A stretch of 64,000 nt of DNA from Sminthopsis crassicaudata (taxonomy: Eukaryota). How positions within the stretch are numbered: the first letter of the stretch is position 1; each line of letters opens with the position of its first letter. The position numbers and the translations under genes are program-made. The notes beneath the pieces are model-generated. The model was not told where the DNA came from and did no database searches. It worked only from the letters and a program-made list of their open reading frames with translations. The DNA is taken from positions 14,934,211 through 14,998,210 of the forward strand of contig NC_133623.1 in NCBI RefSeq assembly GCF_048593235.1, read 5' to 3'. Below, in pieces: positions 36,621-48,744 of the stretch.

Positions 36621-36669
36621 TTCTACTTTTCATATTTTTCATTCTTTTGGTTTGTGTCTCATAGATGTC

Positions 36670-37620
36670 TCATAGAGTCATCAGCTTCCACTTGACCCAT
36701 TCTGATTTTTAAGGAGGTATTTTCTTCAGTTAACTTTTGTACCTACTTTTCCATTTGCCAATAAATAATAAATAAATAAAGGAGGTGTTTATTTCATGGA
36801 TTCTCTCCCCCAATTTGGTCAGTTCTATTTTTTGTTTTCTTGAATCAATTTTTGTGCTTCCTTTTCCAAGGTGTTGACTATTTTTTTATACTTCTCCTGC
36901 ATAATTCTCATTTCTTTTCCAATTTTTTCTTCTATGTTTCTTACTTGATTTTTAAAATCCTGTTTGAGCTCTTCCAAAAAAGAGTTTTTGGGCTTAAAAT
37001 CAATTTATATGCTTTCTTATTGCTTTTCATGTGGGCATTTTGACATCGTTGTCCTCTTCTGAGTTTGTGTTTTCATCTTCCCTGTTGTTGTAGTAGCTTT
37101 CATGCTCTTTTTGCTTTTTTACTAATAATTTTTAAGTTGAGCTCTGCTTCTGGGGCACAAGAAGCATTGTCCTAATCTTCTCGTGCTGGTGTTCAGGGGA
37201 CCTTGTCACTGGCTTTCCATTCTTGTGGCCTACCCACTATGCTGTGGTAGCCTGGCTCTGCCATGACTCTTGTGCTGGGTTTCTGGGATTGGCAATTTGT
37301 CTTCTGTGCTGAGACAGTAGGCCTGAGAAGTGGCCTCCTGTGCCACTAGTCTGCTGGTCCAGGAATGCAGGGCCTTGATTGCTATTCTATGCTGTGGCTA
37401 AAAGCCTCCCATTTTCCTAGACACTGTCTGCACCCTTTTATTCAAGTGAGATAGAGCTATCCTGAAGAACTTATAAGTTATCTTAAGATGGAAAATTGTT
37501 TCATTCCATCTGTTGTGGGGTCTGTTGCCCAGAATCCATGTAGATATTTGATTTTATATTGTTTCAAAAGGAAACTGGGAGGAGGTCAGGTAACTTCCTG
37601 GCTTCTCTCTACCATCTTGC
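36670..37620 (-). mobile_element. Older L1 5' UTR plus ORF1 N-terminal fragment
   Basis: Antisense coiled-coil-type T-rich sequence ('ctcatttcttttccaattttttcttctatgtttcttacttgatttttaaaatc') grading into a 5' UTR ending 'ccatcttgctttcacccc'. Confidence 0.65.
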
Positions 37621-37691
37621 TTTCACCCCCTTGAGCTCTACATTTCTTATTCCCTCACAATCATATAGAAAGACTTATTCAGCCATTTCTT

Positions 37692-38310
37692 TTTTATATA
37701 TAGCTTTTTATTTACAAGATATATGCATGGGTAATTTTTCAGCATTTGCAAAACCTTTTGTTCCAACTTTTCCCCTCTTTCCCCCCACCCCTTCCCCAGA
37801 TGGCAGGTTGACCAATACATGTTAAATATGTTAAAGTATTAAGTTAAATTAAGTCAAAAATTAAGTTAAAAATGTATACATGTCCATACAGTTATTTTGC
37901 TGCACAAAAAGAATCGGACTTTGAAATAGTGTACAATTAGCCTGTGAAAGAAATAAAAAATGCAGGTGGACAAAAGTAGAGGGATTGGGAATTCTGTGTA
38001 GTGGTTCATAGTCATCTCCCAGAATTCTTTTGCTGGGTGTAACTGGTTGAGTTCATTACTGCTCTATTGGAACTGATTTGGTTCATCTCATTGTTGAAGA
38101 AGGCCACGCCCATCAGAATTGATCATCATATAGTATTGTTGTTGAAGTGTATAATAATCTTCTGGTCCTGCTCATTTCACTCAGCATCAGTTCACGTAAG
38201 TCTCTCCAGGCCTCTCTGAAATCATCCTGCTGGTCATTTCTTACAGAACAATAATATTCTATAATATTCATATACCACAATTTATTCAGCCATTCTCCAA
38301 TTGATGGGTA
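37692..38310 (-). mobile_element. Young 5'-truncated L1 3' end with 13-bp TSD
   Basis: 'gctttttatttacaagatatatgcatgggtaatttttcagc...cccagatggcagg'; TSD TCAGCCATTTCTT at 37679-37691 and 38311-38323. Confidence 0.92.
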
Positions 38311-39230
38311 TCAGCCATTTCTTGATTGATGGACATTTCTATACTTTCTAGTTCTTTACCACCACAAAGAGGGCTGCTATAAATATTATAGACCATATTG
38401 GTTCTTTTCCTTTCCTCAAATCTTTGGAAATAGACCCAGTAATGATATTGCTGGCCAGGGTATAGGCAATTTAATAACTCTTTGGGCATAATTCCAGATT
38501 GCTCTCCAAAACTACACAATTCCACCAACAATGAGTTTCTATCCTGATTTTCCCACATCCTATTCAATATTTGTCACTTTCCTCTTCAATCATTTTAGCC
38601 ATTCTGATAGGTGTAAAATGACACCTCAAGGTTGTTTTGATGTGCATTTTTTTAATCAGTAATGATTCATATGATTATAAGTTGTTTTGATATCTTTATC
38701 AGAAAACTACCTGTTCATATCCTTTGGTTGTTTACCAATTAGGGAATGACCTGTAGTCTNNNNNNNNNNNNNNNNNNNNNNNNNNNNNNNNNNNNNNNNN
38801 NNNNNNNNNNNNNNNNNNNNNNNNNNNNNNNNNNNNNNNNNNNNNNNNNNNNNNNNNNNNNNNNNNNNNNNNNNNNNNNNNNNNNNNNNNNNNNNNNNNN
38901 NNNNNNNNNNNNNNNNNNNNNNNNNNNNTGAAAAACTATTTGTAAATTTCCCCTCCCATTTTCTGCTTTCTTTCATATCTTGGCTATATTTGTTTTATTT
39001 GCACAAACCCTTTTAAATTTAATGTAATAAAAATTATCCATTTTACAACGCACTCTGTTCTCTACCTCTTGGTTATTCATAAATTGTTCCTCTAGCTACA
39101 AGTCTGATGTGTAATGTTACATGTTCTTCAAATGTTTGTGTAACCTCTCTTTATGTTTAAGTCATGGTTCCATTTTGACCTTATTTTGATAAATAAAGGG
39201 GAATATTAGTCTATGCCCAAGTTTCAGCAT
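38311..39230 (-). mobile_element. Older L1 ORF2 C-terminal fragment (host of the 37692-38310 insertion; spans an N gap)
   Basis: ORF 38286-38567 and flanks match the L1 ORF2 C-terminus; the host continues left of the TSD at ~37650-37691. Confidence 0.85.
38760..38928. other. Assembly gap (N run)
   Basis: Seen directly. Confidence 1.
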
Positions 39231-39650
39231 GTATTTGGATGCACACTCTAAAGAATTCATCTAATAATATGTACTTGTAGGGAAAATGATACAGTGAGTT
39301 GGGCCCGCACTTGAAAAGGAAGAAGAAGGAGATTTGGAATTTGTTTAAAAATATTACACAGTTCTTTTACTTACCCTAAGCTCCTATGAAATCATAGATC
39401 TATCTTTTTAGTACTAATATTTTACCATATGGCACTGAGACATCGAATAATTATTGCCTCCAAAGAACTAAAAAGGGCAGTGGAAAAACATATGGTTGCT
39501 ACAAGCAGCCTATGCAATATAAAATATTTCAAAGATGAACAGAAGGATATAATCAAGGAATTATATGGTTTAAGAGAAGAGGTGAATTGCAAGAGTCAAT
39601 GATACCTGATAGGCAGCAAGTATGCTCTGCTAGGACCCTTCACAATTTTA

Positions 39651-42600
39651 TTTTATTTTTTATTATTAAAGCTTTTTATTTACAAGATATATACATGAGT
39701 GATTTTTCAGCATTGACCATGCAAAACCTTCTGTTCCAACTTTTCCCATCCTTCCCCCCACTCCCTCCCCCAGATGGCAGGTAGACCAATGCATGCTAAA
39801 TATGTTAAAGTATAAGTTAAATACAATATATGTATGCATATCCATACAGTTATTTTGCTGCACAGGAAAATTTGGACTTAAAAATAAGGTAAAATTACCC
39901 TGACAAGGAAATCAAAAATGCAAGTGAACAAAAACAGAGGGATTGGGAATGCTATGTTGTGGTTCACATTCATTTCCCAGAGTTCTTTTGCTGGGTATAG
40001 CTGGTTCTCTTCATTATTAAACAAATGGAACTGATTTTCTTCATCTCATTGTTTGAAGAGAGCCATGTCCATCAGAATTGATCATCATATAGTTTTATTG
40101 TTGAAGTATATAATGATCTCCTGGTCCTGCTCATTTCACTCAGCATCAGTTCATGAAAGTCTCTCCAGGCCTTTCTGAAATCATCCTGCTGGTCATTTCT
40201 TACAGAACAATAATATTCCATAACATTCATATACCACAATTTATTCAGCCATTCTCCAATTGATGGACATCCATTCAATTTCCAGTTTCTAGCCACTACA
40301 AAAACATGTGAAATTATTAGTTATGTCTATAATTTGCTGTTTCACCCATTCATTCTTTAGGATGAGATAATTTAGTTTCCAATTACTTTTTGGTCTATTT
40401 ACCCCTTGCTTTTTGTTGATTGCATTGTGATCTGAAAAGAATGCATTTCCTATTTCTGCATTTGAATTTGAAGTCTTTATGTCCTAATATATGGTCAGTT
40501 TTTGTATAGGTTCCATGAACTGCTGAGAAGAAAGTGTACTCCCTCTGTCTCCATTCAATTTTCCAAAAAAAATCTATCATACCTAACTTTTCTAATATTC
40601 TATTTACCTCTTTAATTTCTTTCTTATTTGTTTTATTGTTTGATTTATCTAATTCTGAGAATGCAAGGTTGAGATCTCTCACTACTATAGTTTTGCTGTC
40701 TATTTCTTCTTGCAACTCTCTTAACTTCTCCTTTAGGAAGTTAGATGCTATACCACTTAGTGCATATATATTTAGTATTGATATTGCTTCATTGTCTATG
40801 CTACCCTTTAGCAAGATATGGTTTTCTTCCTTATCTCTTTTAATTAGATCAATTTTTGCTTTTGCTTGATCTGAGATAAAGATGGTTACCTCTGCTTTTT
40901 TGACTTCACCTGAAGTATAATAGATTCTGCTCCATCCTTTTACCTTTACTCTATATGTATCATCCTGCTTTAAATATTTTCTGTAAACAACATATTGTAG
41001 AATTCTGGCTTTTGATTCAGTCTTCTATCTGCCTCCGCTTTATGGGAGAGTTCATCCCATTCACATTTATGATTAAAACTACTAATTCTGTATTTCCAAC
41101 CATCTTATTATCCCCAGATTATGCTTTTCTTTTTCTTTCTCTCCTTACCCCTCTCCCTAGTATTAAACTTTTGTGTACCACTTGTCTCACACAGCTCTCC
41201 CTCTTTTGAATCCCTCCCACCTGCTTTGAGTCCCTTTCCTTTTCCCTTTCTTGTACCTTTCCCTTATTACTCTTTTCCTTTTCCCTTTTCCTCTCCCACT
41301 TTTTAATGAGGTGAGAGAAGTTTCCCTCTAAACTAAATATGTCTAATATTTTCTCTTTGAACCAAATCTGATGAGAATAAGATTCACATAATGTTCCTCC
41401 TCTTCTCTAAATTCTCTCAGATATGATGGGTTTCCTTTGCCTCTTCGTGGGATGTAATTTCTCTCTTTTTTTGCCCTTTTCCCTTTTCCTTATACTATTC
41501 CCTTTCCATTTTACTTCCCTTTTTTTGTATTATAGCAGTAAAATCAAATTATACACATGCTCTTTATGTATGTCCATAACAGAAATACAGTTCTCAAGAG
41601 TTCTTTTTATCTTTTATGCTTCTCTTGAGTCCTATATTTTGAGGTCAATTTTTTTGTTTAGCTCCGGTTTTTTCATTAGGAATAAATGGAATTCACCTGT
41701 TTCATTGAATGTCCATCTTCTTCCCTGGAAGAAAATGCTCAGCGTAGCTGGGTAGTTCATTCTTGGCTGCATTCCCAGTTCTTTTGTCTTCTGGAATATC
41801 AGATTCCAGGCCCTTTGATCCTTTAATGTGGAAGCAGCTAGATCCTGAGTAATCCTTATTGTGGCTCCTCAGTATTTAAATTGTTTTTTCTGGCTGCTTG
41901 TAATATTTTTTACTTAGTCTGATAGTTCTGAAATTTAGCCATAACATTCCTTGGAGCTTTTATTTTGGGGTCTCTTTCAGAAGGTGTTTGATAAATTCTT
42001 TCAATGCCTATTTTACCTTCTGATTCTCTTACATCTGGGAAGTTCTCTTTGATGATTAAATAAATAAAATAAAATAGTGTCTAGGCTCTTTTTTTCATCA
42101 TAATTTTCAGGAAGTCCAATAATCTTCAGATTATCTCTCCTATATCTATTTTCCATGTCTGTTATTTTTCCAAGTAGATATTTAAAAATTTTTTCTATTT
42201 TTTCAGTTTTTGGTTTTGCTTGACTGATTCTTGATGTCTCAACGAATCATTCATTTCTATTTGTTAAGTTCTGATTTTTAATGAGTTATTTTCTCCATTA
42301 ACTTTTTTTTTTACTTCTTTTTGTATATGTCCAATTGAGTTTTTAAATGAGTTGTTTTGCTCTATGGAACTTTTTTTCCATTTCACTTTTTTTTTTATTG
42401 AGTTATTTTCTTTTTCAAATTCACAAATCCTACTTTCCTGGGAGTTCGTTATCTCTTCCAATTTACAAATTCTGTTTCCCTGGGAGTCCTTTAGCTTTTC
42501 CAATTCACATTTCAGAAAGTTGTTTTCTTTTTCCACTTTATAATATTTTTCTTTTAATGAGTTATGTGCCTTTTTCATACTCTCTTGCAGAGCTTCTCCC

Positions 42601-43477
42601 TCCTTTCCCCATTTTTCTTCTAGCTCTCTTTTAAGATCTTTTATAATTTCTTCTAGGAGAGCCTTGTGTGAACCAGGTTATACCTTTGGAGTTTTGTCTG
42701 AAGACTGTCTGTTATTAGTCTTCTCATAGTTGGAAATCTGCTCTCTTTCTGTATAGAAGCTATCTATAGTAAGAGTTCACTTGGCTTTTTTGCTCATTTT
42801 TTTTAAAAGCCCTTAGGGTCTGCATTCAGGGCAAGGAGGTTACCAGCTTCCTCTACAGACCAGAGATAAGTGGACAGTAGCTCTCCTGCAAACAGGCTGC
42901 AAAGAGTGGCTGAGCTGTGGAAGTGCCTCTGCCCTGGGCAGAGCCACCCCCCCTTCCCCTGTTCAGAAGTGTGACTGCCACAGCAGAGCCCTGCGCTGCA
43001 GACTGTGGCTGCACAGCTGCACTCTGGTCCATGCTGAGTCATTCCTGGTGCTGGGTGAGTGTGGCCAGGTCCTGTTAAATTCTGGCATTTTTTGGGTACA
43101 TGCTACCTTTGGTGTTTGTGTAACTTCTCTGCTGATCTACTGCTTTGCAATCAAAGCAGAGCAGCCAACCTGTGGTAGAGTTCTTTCTGCAAATTCTCCA
43201 CTCGGAGAAACTGCCTCCACTCTGGTCCGCTCAGTGTGCTAGCCACCGTGTTCTGCCTCCCTGTCTCTGCTGGCCTCCTCCTGCCCAATCAGGACAAACC
43301 TTTTCTGGTGATCTTCTAGATTATCTTTGGCTGATATTTGTTGTACTCCCAATATTTGTGGATACTACCAGTCAAGCACTATTTCAGTGGCTGAATTTGG
43401 TAATCCACAGTGAGGGTAGAAGAGGAGCTTCAAATGAAGCATGTGTCCTCTCCACCATCCTGGCTCCACCCCCTCTA
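39651..43477 (-). mobile_element. L1 with intact 5' and 3' ends but internal deletion of the RT domain
   Basis: 5' UTR ~42800-43477; ORF1 ~41620-42790 (coiled coil in ORF 42264-42578); ORF2 EN (IINVNGMNSPIKRRQ..; MLKGSIDNEAISILNIYA..) down to KNEWVKQQIIDITNNF at ~40305, joined to the C-terminal VARNWKLNGCPSIGEWLNKLWYMN; 3' UTR and tail; 14-bp TSD CCTTCACAATTTTA at 39637-39650 and 43478-43491. Confidence 0.92.
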
Positions 43478-43639
43478 CCTTCACAATTTTAGAAGAAAGT
43501 GAGGGAGGCCTTTGGAATCTTTCACTGATCCTTCTATGATGAATGAGCATGTATAAGAAGAGATGAATGGGGTATATTCTGCATTGTTGGATGGAAATCC
43601 TAAATATTTGAGATCATAGATCTACTTGAGCCTCCTTAG

Positions 43640-44292
43640 ATCACTTGTCTGCAAGTGAATTTATAGATTTGTATAAATTTCCTCAAGTTTTTAAATATCA
43701 AACTTTTATCAGAGATATTTAATTTAAAAAACTGCATCATATTCCTTTTTTTCACCAAATTTTACTACATTTATTTCTATTGTTCAAAAGGCTTTAAATT
43801 GCATATAATCAAAATGGTTATCTCTTATAATCTCTCCTATTCCATGTCTGATTACAAATTTTTCCCCTATCCATAGTTGAAAAATAGGTAATCTTGCAAT
43901 CTCTGCTAATTTTCTCATATATTTTATTCTACATGTATTTTTGTATATTTATATTAAGATTATTTATCCATTTGAAATTTTCATAGTATATGGCATAAGA
44001 ACTGGCCAAAAACTCATTTTGTTGAATTGCTTTCTGGTTTTGCCCCCAGTTCTTATTAATTAAGGAATCCCTGTCACAGTAGATTATGTTCTTGAGTCTG
44101 CTGAATATTAAATAGTTGCATGCATCTACTTCTAAGTCTTACCTAGTTAATCTGTTTTAATAATATGCTTTGCTATTTTTTCATTATTTTTGTGGACACT
44201 CTTGACTTTTTATTCTTCTGTATTAGTTTTGTTATAATGTTATCTAATCCTTTCAAGTGTCATCTTGTTAATTTGATTTTTGGAGTATTAAG
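43640..44292 (-). mobile_element. Old L1 ORF2 fragment (L1 part of a U6-L1 chimera)
   Basis: Antisense L1 ORF2, e.g. 'cactcttgactttttattcttctgtattagttttgttataatgttatcta', 'tccccctatccatag'-like and 'aggctttaaattgcatataatcaaaat' segments. Confidence 0.7.
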
Positions 44293-44397
44293 AAAATATG
44301 GAGTGTTTCATGAATTTGCCTGTCATTCCTCTACAGGGTGCCGCTAATCATCTTTCTTTTATTCCAATTTTAGTATATATGGTATTAGAGTAAGCAG
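44293..44397 (-). pseudogene. RNU6: U6 snRNA processed pseudogene (full length, fused to L1)
   Basis: Aligns end to end with the reverse complement of U6 (aaaatatgga..ttca.gaatttgc.tgtcat..gctaatc..ttccaattttagtatat..agca), roughly 70% identity by manual count; ACAGAGA box degenerate. Confidence 0.88.
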
Positions 44398-44589
44398 AGA
44401 TAATGATTCTGCAATAACAAATTCACTAAGTGATGCCTATAAGCTTTATTAGTGACTGATATTCAAATATTCTAGTATAGCATTTTAAGGCATCTGGAAG
44501 ATGAATGACAGTTATAATATGATGCCGAAGCAAAGTTATGGTGTGTACCCAACATATATTGTTGATTGAGAAAATTCAAGGTGCTAAGG

Positions 44590-44915
44590 TGCCTAACCTG
44601 GAGAAGACAATTCTCAGAAGGGACATATGATCTGACTTCAATCACTGAAGGGCTATCATGGGAAAGAAGAATTATATTTCTTCTACTTAGATCTCTAAGG
44701 CTTACTTAGGAGCTACAGGTGTAAGTTGCACTGGGCTTCATCTAAAAATGGAATGAGTTACATGCTCGGGTAGTGAGTGGTTGCTTACTGGGAGTCTCTA
44801 AGTAAAGGCTAAATGGGCGGTTGTTAGAGATGTTGTAGAGCCAAATCCATTTCAGGTATGGGCTGTAATAGTTGGTCTCTAAACTCCTCTTCAACTTTGT
44901 GTTTTTCTGAATTTT
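44590..44915 (+). mobile_element. CR1/L3 3' fragment
   Basis: 'aacctggagaagacaattctcagaagggacat...actgaagggctatcatgggaaagaagaatta', 'ggttgttagagatgttgtagag'. Confidence 0.6.
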
Positions 44916-45099
44916 TCCCAAATAAGAAAGAAATAAATTTTCAACTAGGTCTTTTAGAGAAAATAATTATTTTATGTAGAATTTCTGAAATAATCTCCAA
45001 ATGTCTCCTATACCTACAAAGTACATTCAATATCATGGAAACAGTTCACTAAAATTATAAGGATTTCCAACCATTCTTTTTCAAGGGGATACTTTGAAG

Positions 45100-45627
45100 A
45101 CAATAGATTTTTATATCTCTATTTCTATTCAGCTCTGGCCTTCTCATCAGAAATAAATGAAATTCTTCTGTTTCACTGAATAGCCATCTTTTCCCTGAAA
45201 GATAATGCTCAATTTTGCTGGATAGTTGATTCTAGGCTGCAATCCAAGTTTCTTTGCCTTTTGGAATATCAGATTCCATGCCTTTTGATCCTTTAAAGTA
45301 GAAGCTGCTAAGTCCTGGGTAATTCTGATTGTAGCTCCTTGATATTTTAATTATTTCCTTCTGGCTGCTTACAGTGTTTTTTCCTTGGTTTGATAATTCT
45401 GAAATTTAGCTGTGATGTTGCTTGGAGTTTTCATTTTGGGGTATCTCTGAGGAGGTGATCAGTGAATTCTCTCAATGGCTATTTTACACTCTGGTTCTAA
45501 GACATCTGGGCAGTTTTCCTTGATGACTTCCTGAATGATGATTTCTAGACTCTTTTGTTCATCATGGTTTTCAGGGAGTTCAATAATTCTTAGATTGTTT
45601 CTCCCAGATTTAATTTTCCAAGTCAGT
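45100..45627 (-). mobile_element. L1 ORF1 C-terminal (RRM/CTD) fragment
   Basis: Closely resembles 41660-42180 of the larger L1 ('gaatatcagattcca', 'tctgaaatttagc', 'ataattcttagatt'). Confidence 0.8.
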
Positions 45628-45896
45628 TAATGCATTCTAGAATCTTGTTTTTTTGCATAATTTTCAATTCACATTATGCCTTCTGTTTGGAATAATTTTG
45701 CTCCTCTTCTTTGCCTACAAGAACTTTGCACAGTCCTTGCAGTGGATTGAGATGATCAAGACAGATAGAAAAGAAAAGTTCCATGAAAGTCATAAAGTGC
45801 TGTTAAAATTATAAAATCCAATTTGGAACCCATCTGGGTTCCTTTGTACTTTCATGCAAGTCATCCTTCTCTATAGCTGTAGGAGAGGATATTGGT

Positions 45897-46432
45897 GTTT
45901 TTATTATTATTATAGCTTTTTATTTACAAGATATATGCATGGGTAATTTTTCAGCACTGAAAATTGTAAAACCCCTTGTTCCAAATTTTCCCCTCCTTCC
46001 CCCCCCATCCCCTCCCCAGATGACAGGTAGACCAATACATGTCAAATATGTCAAAGTATATGTTAAGTGCAATATATGTATACATATCCATACAGTTATT
46101 TTGTTGCATAAGAAGAATTGGACTTTGAAATAATGTACAATTAACCTGTGAAGGAAATCAAAAATGTAAGTGGACAAAAACAGAGGGATTAGAAATACTA
46201 TGTAGTGGTTCACACTCATTTCTCAGAGTTCTTTCACTGGGTATAGCTGGTTCTCTTCATTATTGAAGAAATGGAGCTGATTTGGTTCATCTCATTGTTG
46301 AAGAGAGCTATGTCCATCAGAATTGATCATCATATAGTATTGTTGTTGAAGTGTATAATGATCTCCTGGTCCTGCTCATTTCACTAATTATCAGTTCATG
46401 TAAGTCTCTCCAGGCCTTTCTGAAACCAGAGC
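45897..46432 (-). mobile_element. Young 5'-truncated L1 3' end
   Basis: Same 3' end as 37692-38310 and 39651-40305; TSD ATATTGGT(+T run) at 45889-45896 and 46433-46440. Confidence 0.9.
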
Positions 46433-46839
46433 ATATTGGTTTTTAAGAAAGTCTCAAAAGTATGACCTCTGGGTTTGTTGTTTATTTTTGATAGACTGAT
46501 GAGGAAAGGGAAACCATCAGAAAACTAAGGTGTCATGGAGGAACGGAAGCTATCAGTAGCATTACTAGAAATGTTTTTAAAACTCCATGGCAAAACAAAG
46601 CAAATTCACTTGATTGGTGATAAGAGGCAGGGGAGGAGGGTCAGAAGTAGCAGTGAACAAGACAATTCTAGAGACAGAGAATGACCTGTTGTCCACAAAG
46701 TTGTCCCTTTGTCAGGATTGGAGTTGGGAAGAGAACAGGAATAATCAAGAGAAGCATGTGATGAGGAAAGGACAGGATGGCTAAGGATGATTTATGCCAT
46801 GGGGTAACACAGGCCAGTGGAAGTTTGTAAAGCAAAACA

Positions 46840-47089
46840 CAATGGTGTGCTGGAGCCAGCTTTCACCAGTTTTATGCTAGTCAATTGTTAAATTTTAAGT
46901 GTGAACATTTATACCTCAGAAATTAGCAAATGCTACAAATTAGGGTTTGATTTATTGCTTTGGTCCTTGCCTATACTTAAGAAAGTTATGGAAATATTGT
47001 TAATATTGTAATATATTAAACTTAAGTTGTGTCATGTATACATTTTTCACTAGAGAACCAGTTGTTAAACATGTACTAGCATACTTCTG
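46840..47089. mobile_element. Non-autonomous hAT (Tip100/Zaphod-like) MITE
   Basis: Imperfect TIRs CAATGGTGTGCTGG / CTAGCATACTTCTG; internal 'gaaattagcaaatgctacaaattagggtttgatttattg' and 'gagaaccagttgttaaaca' match a recalled therian hAT consensus; family name tentative. Confidence 0.6.
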
Positions 47090-47239
47090 GGCAAAGTACA
47101 AGGAAAGTGGCAGCTATAAAGAAGTATTTAATGCTGAATGTCAACACCCTGGGGGAAATTTCATCTGCAGTAATGATAATGTTAATGATAAAATAATAAT
47201 GATAATGACAATGAGAATAATAATAATAATAATTTATAG

Positions 47240-47400
47240 TTGGCATTTATCCAGCACTTATTCTGTACCAGTCACTATGTTCAGGGCTTTGCAATTATTA
47301 TCTCATTTGATCCTCAAAATCTCCTATGAGGTAGGTGCTATTATTATTCCCATTTCACAGCTGAGGAAATATAGGTAAAGGGAGGTTAGTTAGATGAGTT
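47240..47400 (-). mobile_element. MIR/MAR1-like core SINE with an (ATA)n run to its left
   Basis: 'tatctcatttgatcctcaaaatctcctatgaggtaggtgctattattattcccatttcacagctgaggaaa'. Confidence 0.6.
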
Positions 47401-47499
47401 GGAGAAAATCACTCTTCTGTCCACAAAAATTTCATAGATCTGCAGAGAGGTGTCCTGGACTATGGAGCTCTTTCATTTCCTTCTTTTATTCCTACCTCA

Positions 47500-48600
47500 T
47501 TTTCAAGTCTTTATGGTATAGAAAACACCATATTAATATCTGGGGGTAATGCAAATTTTGGATAAGATAATCTTTGCTCTACAATCCAGTGGGAGCAGAG
47601 GAGATAAAACACAAATATATATAGTTAGATGTTAAATTATAATGAATTATTTAATGAAGTACATGTAAATTCTAAGGGAGAAGGAAATAATGTCTACTCT
47701 TGTATAAAAGATAGTAATGTGAGATAAGTTTGGAACAATAAGCAAGCACTTAAATATGGAGAACCTTGAATGCCAGGCAGAATAGCTTTTGTGTAGTGAA
47801 CAGTTTTCTGGCAGTAGTACAAAGGACAGTTAATATATGGGTAAAACTGGAAAGATTTGTTATGGGGCTATTGCAATCATGAATTGGAAAGCTTAGATTC
47901 AAGTCCTGACTGTGACTCATCCTGGCTAGGTGACCCTGGACAAGTCACTTGTTTCAGGGCTCTAGGCAAGTCTCTAAGATGATTTGTTGCAAAGATGATA
48001 TGAATGTGCATGGGGAGGAGGAGTTTCCATATCCAGGGGTGTTCCCTATCCTAGTGAAAGCATCTCCCTTATGGTGATGAAAGCTTATAGAAGGTCAGTT
48101 ACAGTGGGAGTACAGAAGAAGAAAAGAGTATTAGAGATGTTCCCAAGAGGAAAATCAATAATAATGGATTGGATTTGAGAGGTCAGAAAGAGAGAAGAGT
48201 CAAAGTTAGAATTGTAAGGTTTGAACGCAAAAGGCAAGTGAACGAGGGTGCCCTAGAAAGAAACAATAAAAGCCAAAAAAGGAACAATTTTTGAGGGAAA
48301 ATTACAAGCTCAGTTTGGAACATATTGAGTTTGAGCTCCCAATGGGACATCTAATCTACATAGAGATGTCCTGGAGGCAATTGAAGAAGTCAGTCTGGAA
48401 CTCAGAAGTGAAGTCAGAGGGGAGATATAGATTTTTAAGACAGCTGCATAAAGTTGATAGTTGAAGCAATTGCTGTGAATGCAATCAATAAATCAACAAA
48501 TTTCATTCAGCTCCTTCTTGGTGCCATGCCCTGTGCTAGCTGTTAGTCATGTACAAAGTATAAAGAATGAAACAATCTTTAGTTGCAAAGATCTGAACAA
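47500..48600 (-). mobile_element. L2 relics (interrupted)
   Basis: 'gaaccttgaatgccaggcag', 'tcagtttggaacatattgagtttgag...gagatgtcctggaggcaattg', and an L2 3' end near 48490-48600. Confidence 0.55.
47880..48065 (+). mobile_element. MdoRep1-like SINE
   Basis: 'gtgaccctggacaagtcactt...ctctaggcaagtctctaagat...ggaggagtttccatatccagggg...ctagtgaaa'. Confidence 0.5.
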
Positions 48601-48744
48601 TAATTATGTATAAAATGTATATATGTAACATATATAAACCATTAAGTTCAAAATAGGCAATGTTAAATACATAGTTTGAAAGGGTGGTTGCTTGTTTTTG
48701 ATGAGGGAAAACTTCATACCATGTGCTTGAACTGTATCTTTTAA

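Noticed and set aside
44293-44397. Functional U6 gene
   Set aside because: About 30% divergent, ACAGAGA box mutated, fused to L1; a pseudogene.
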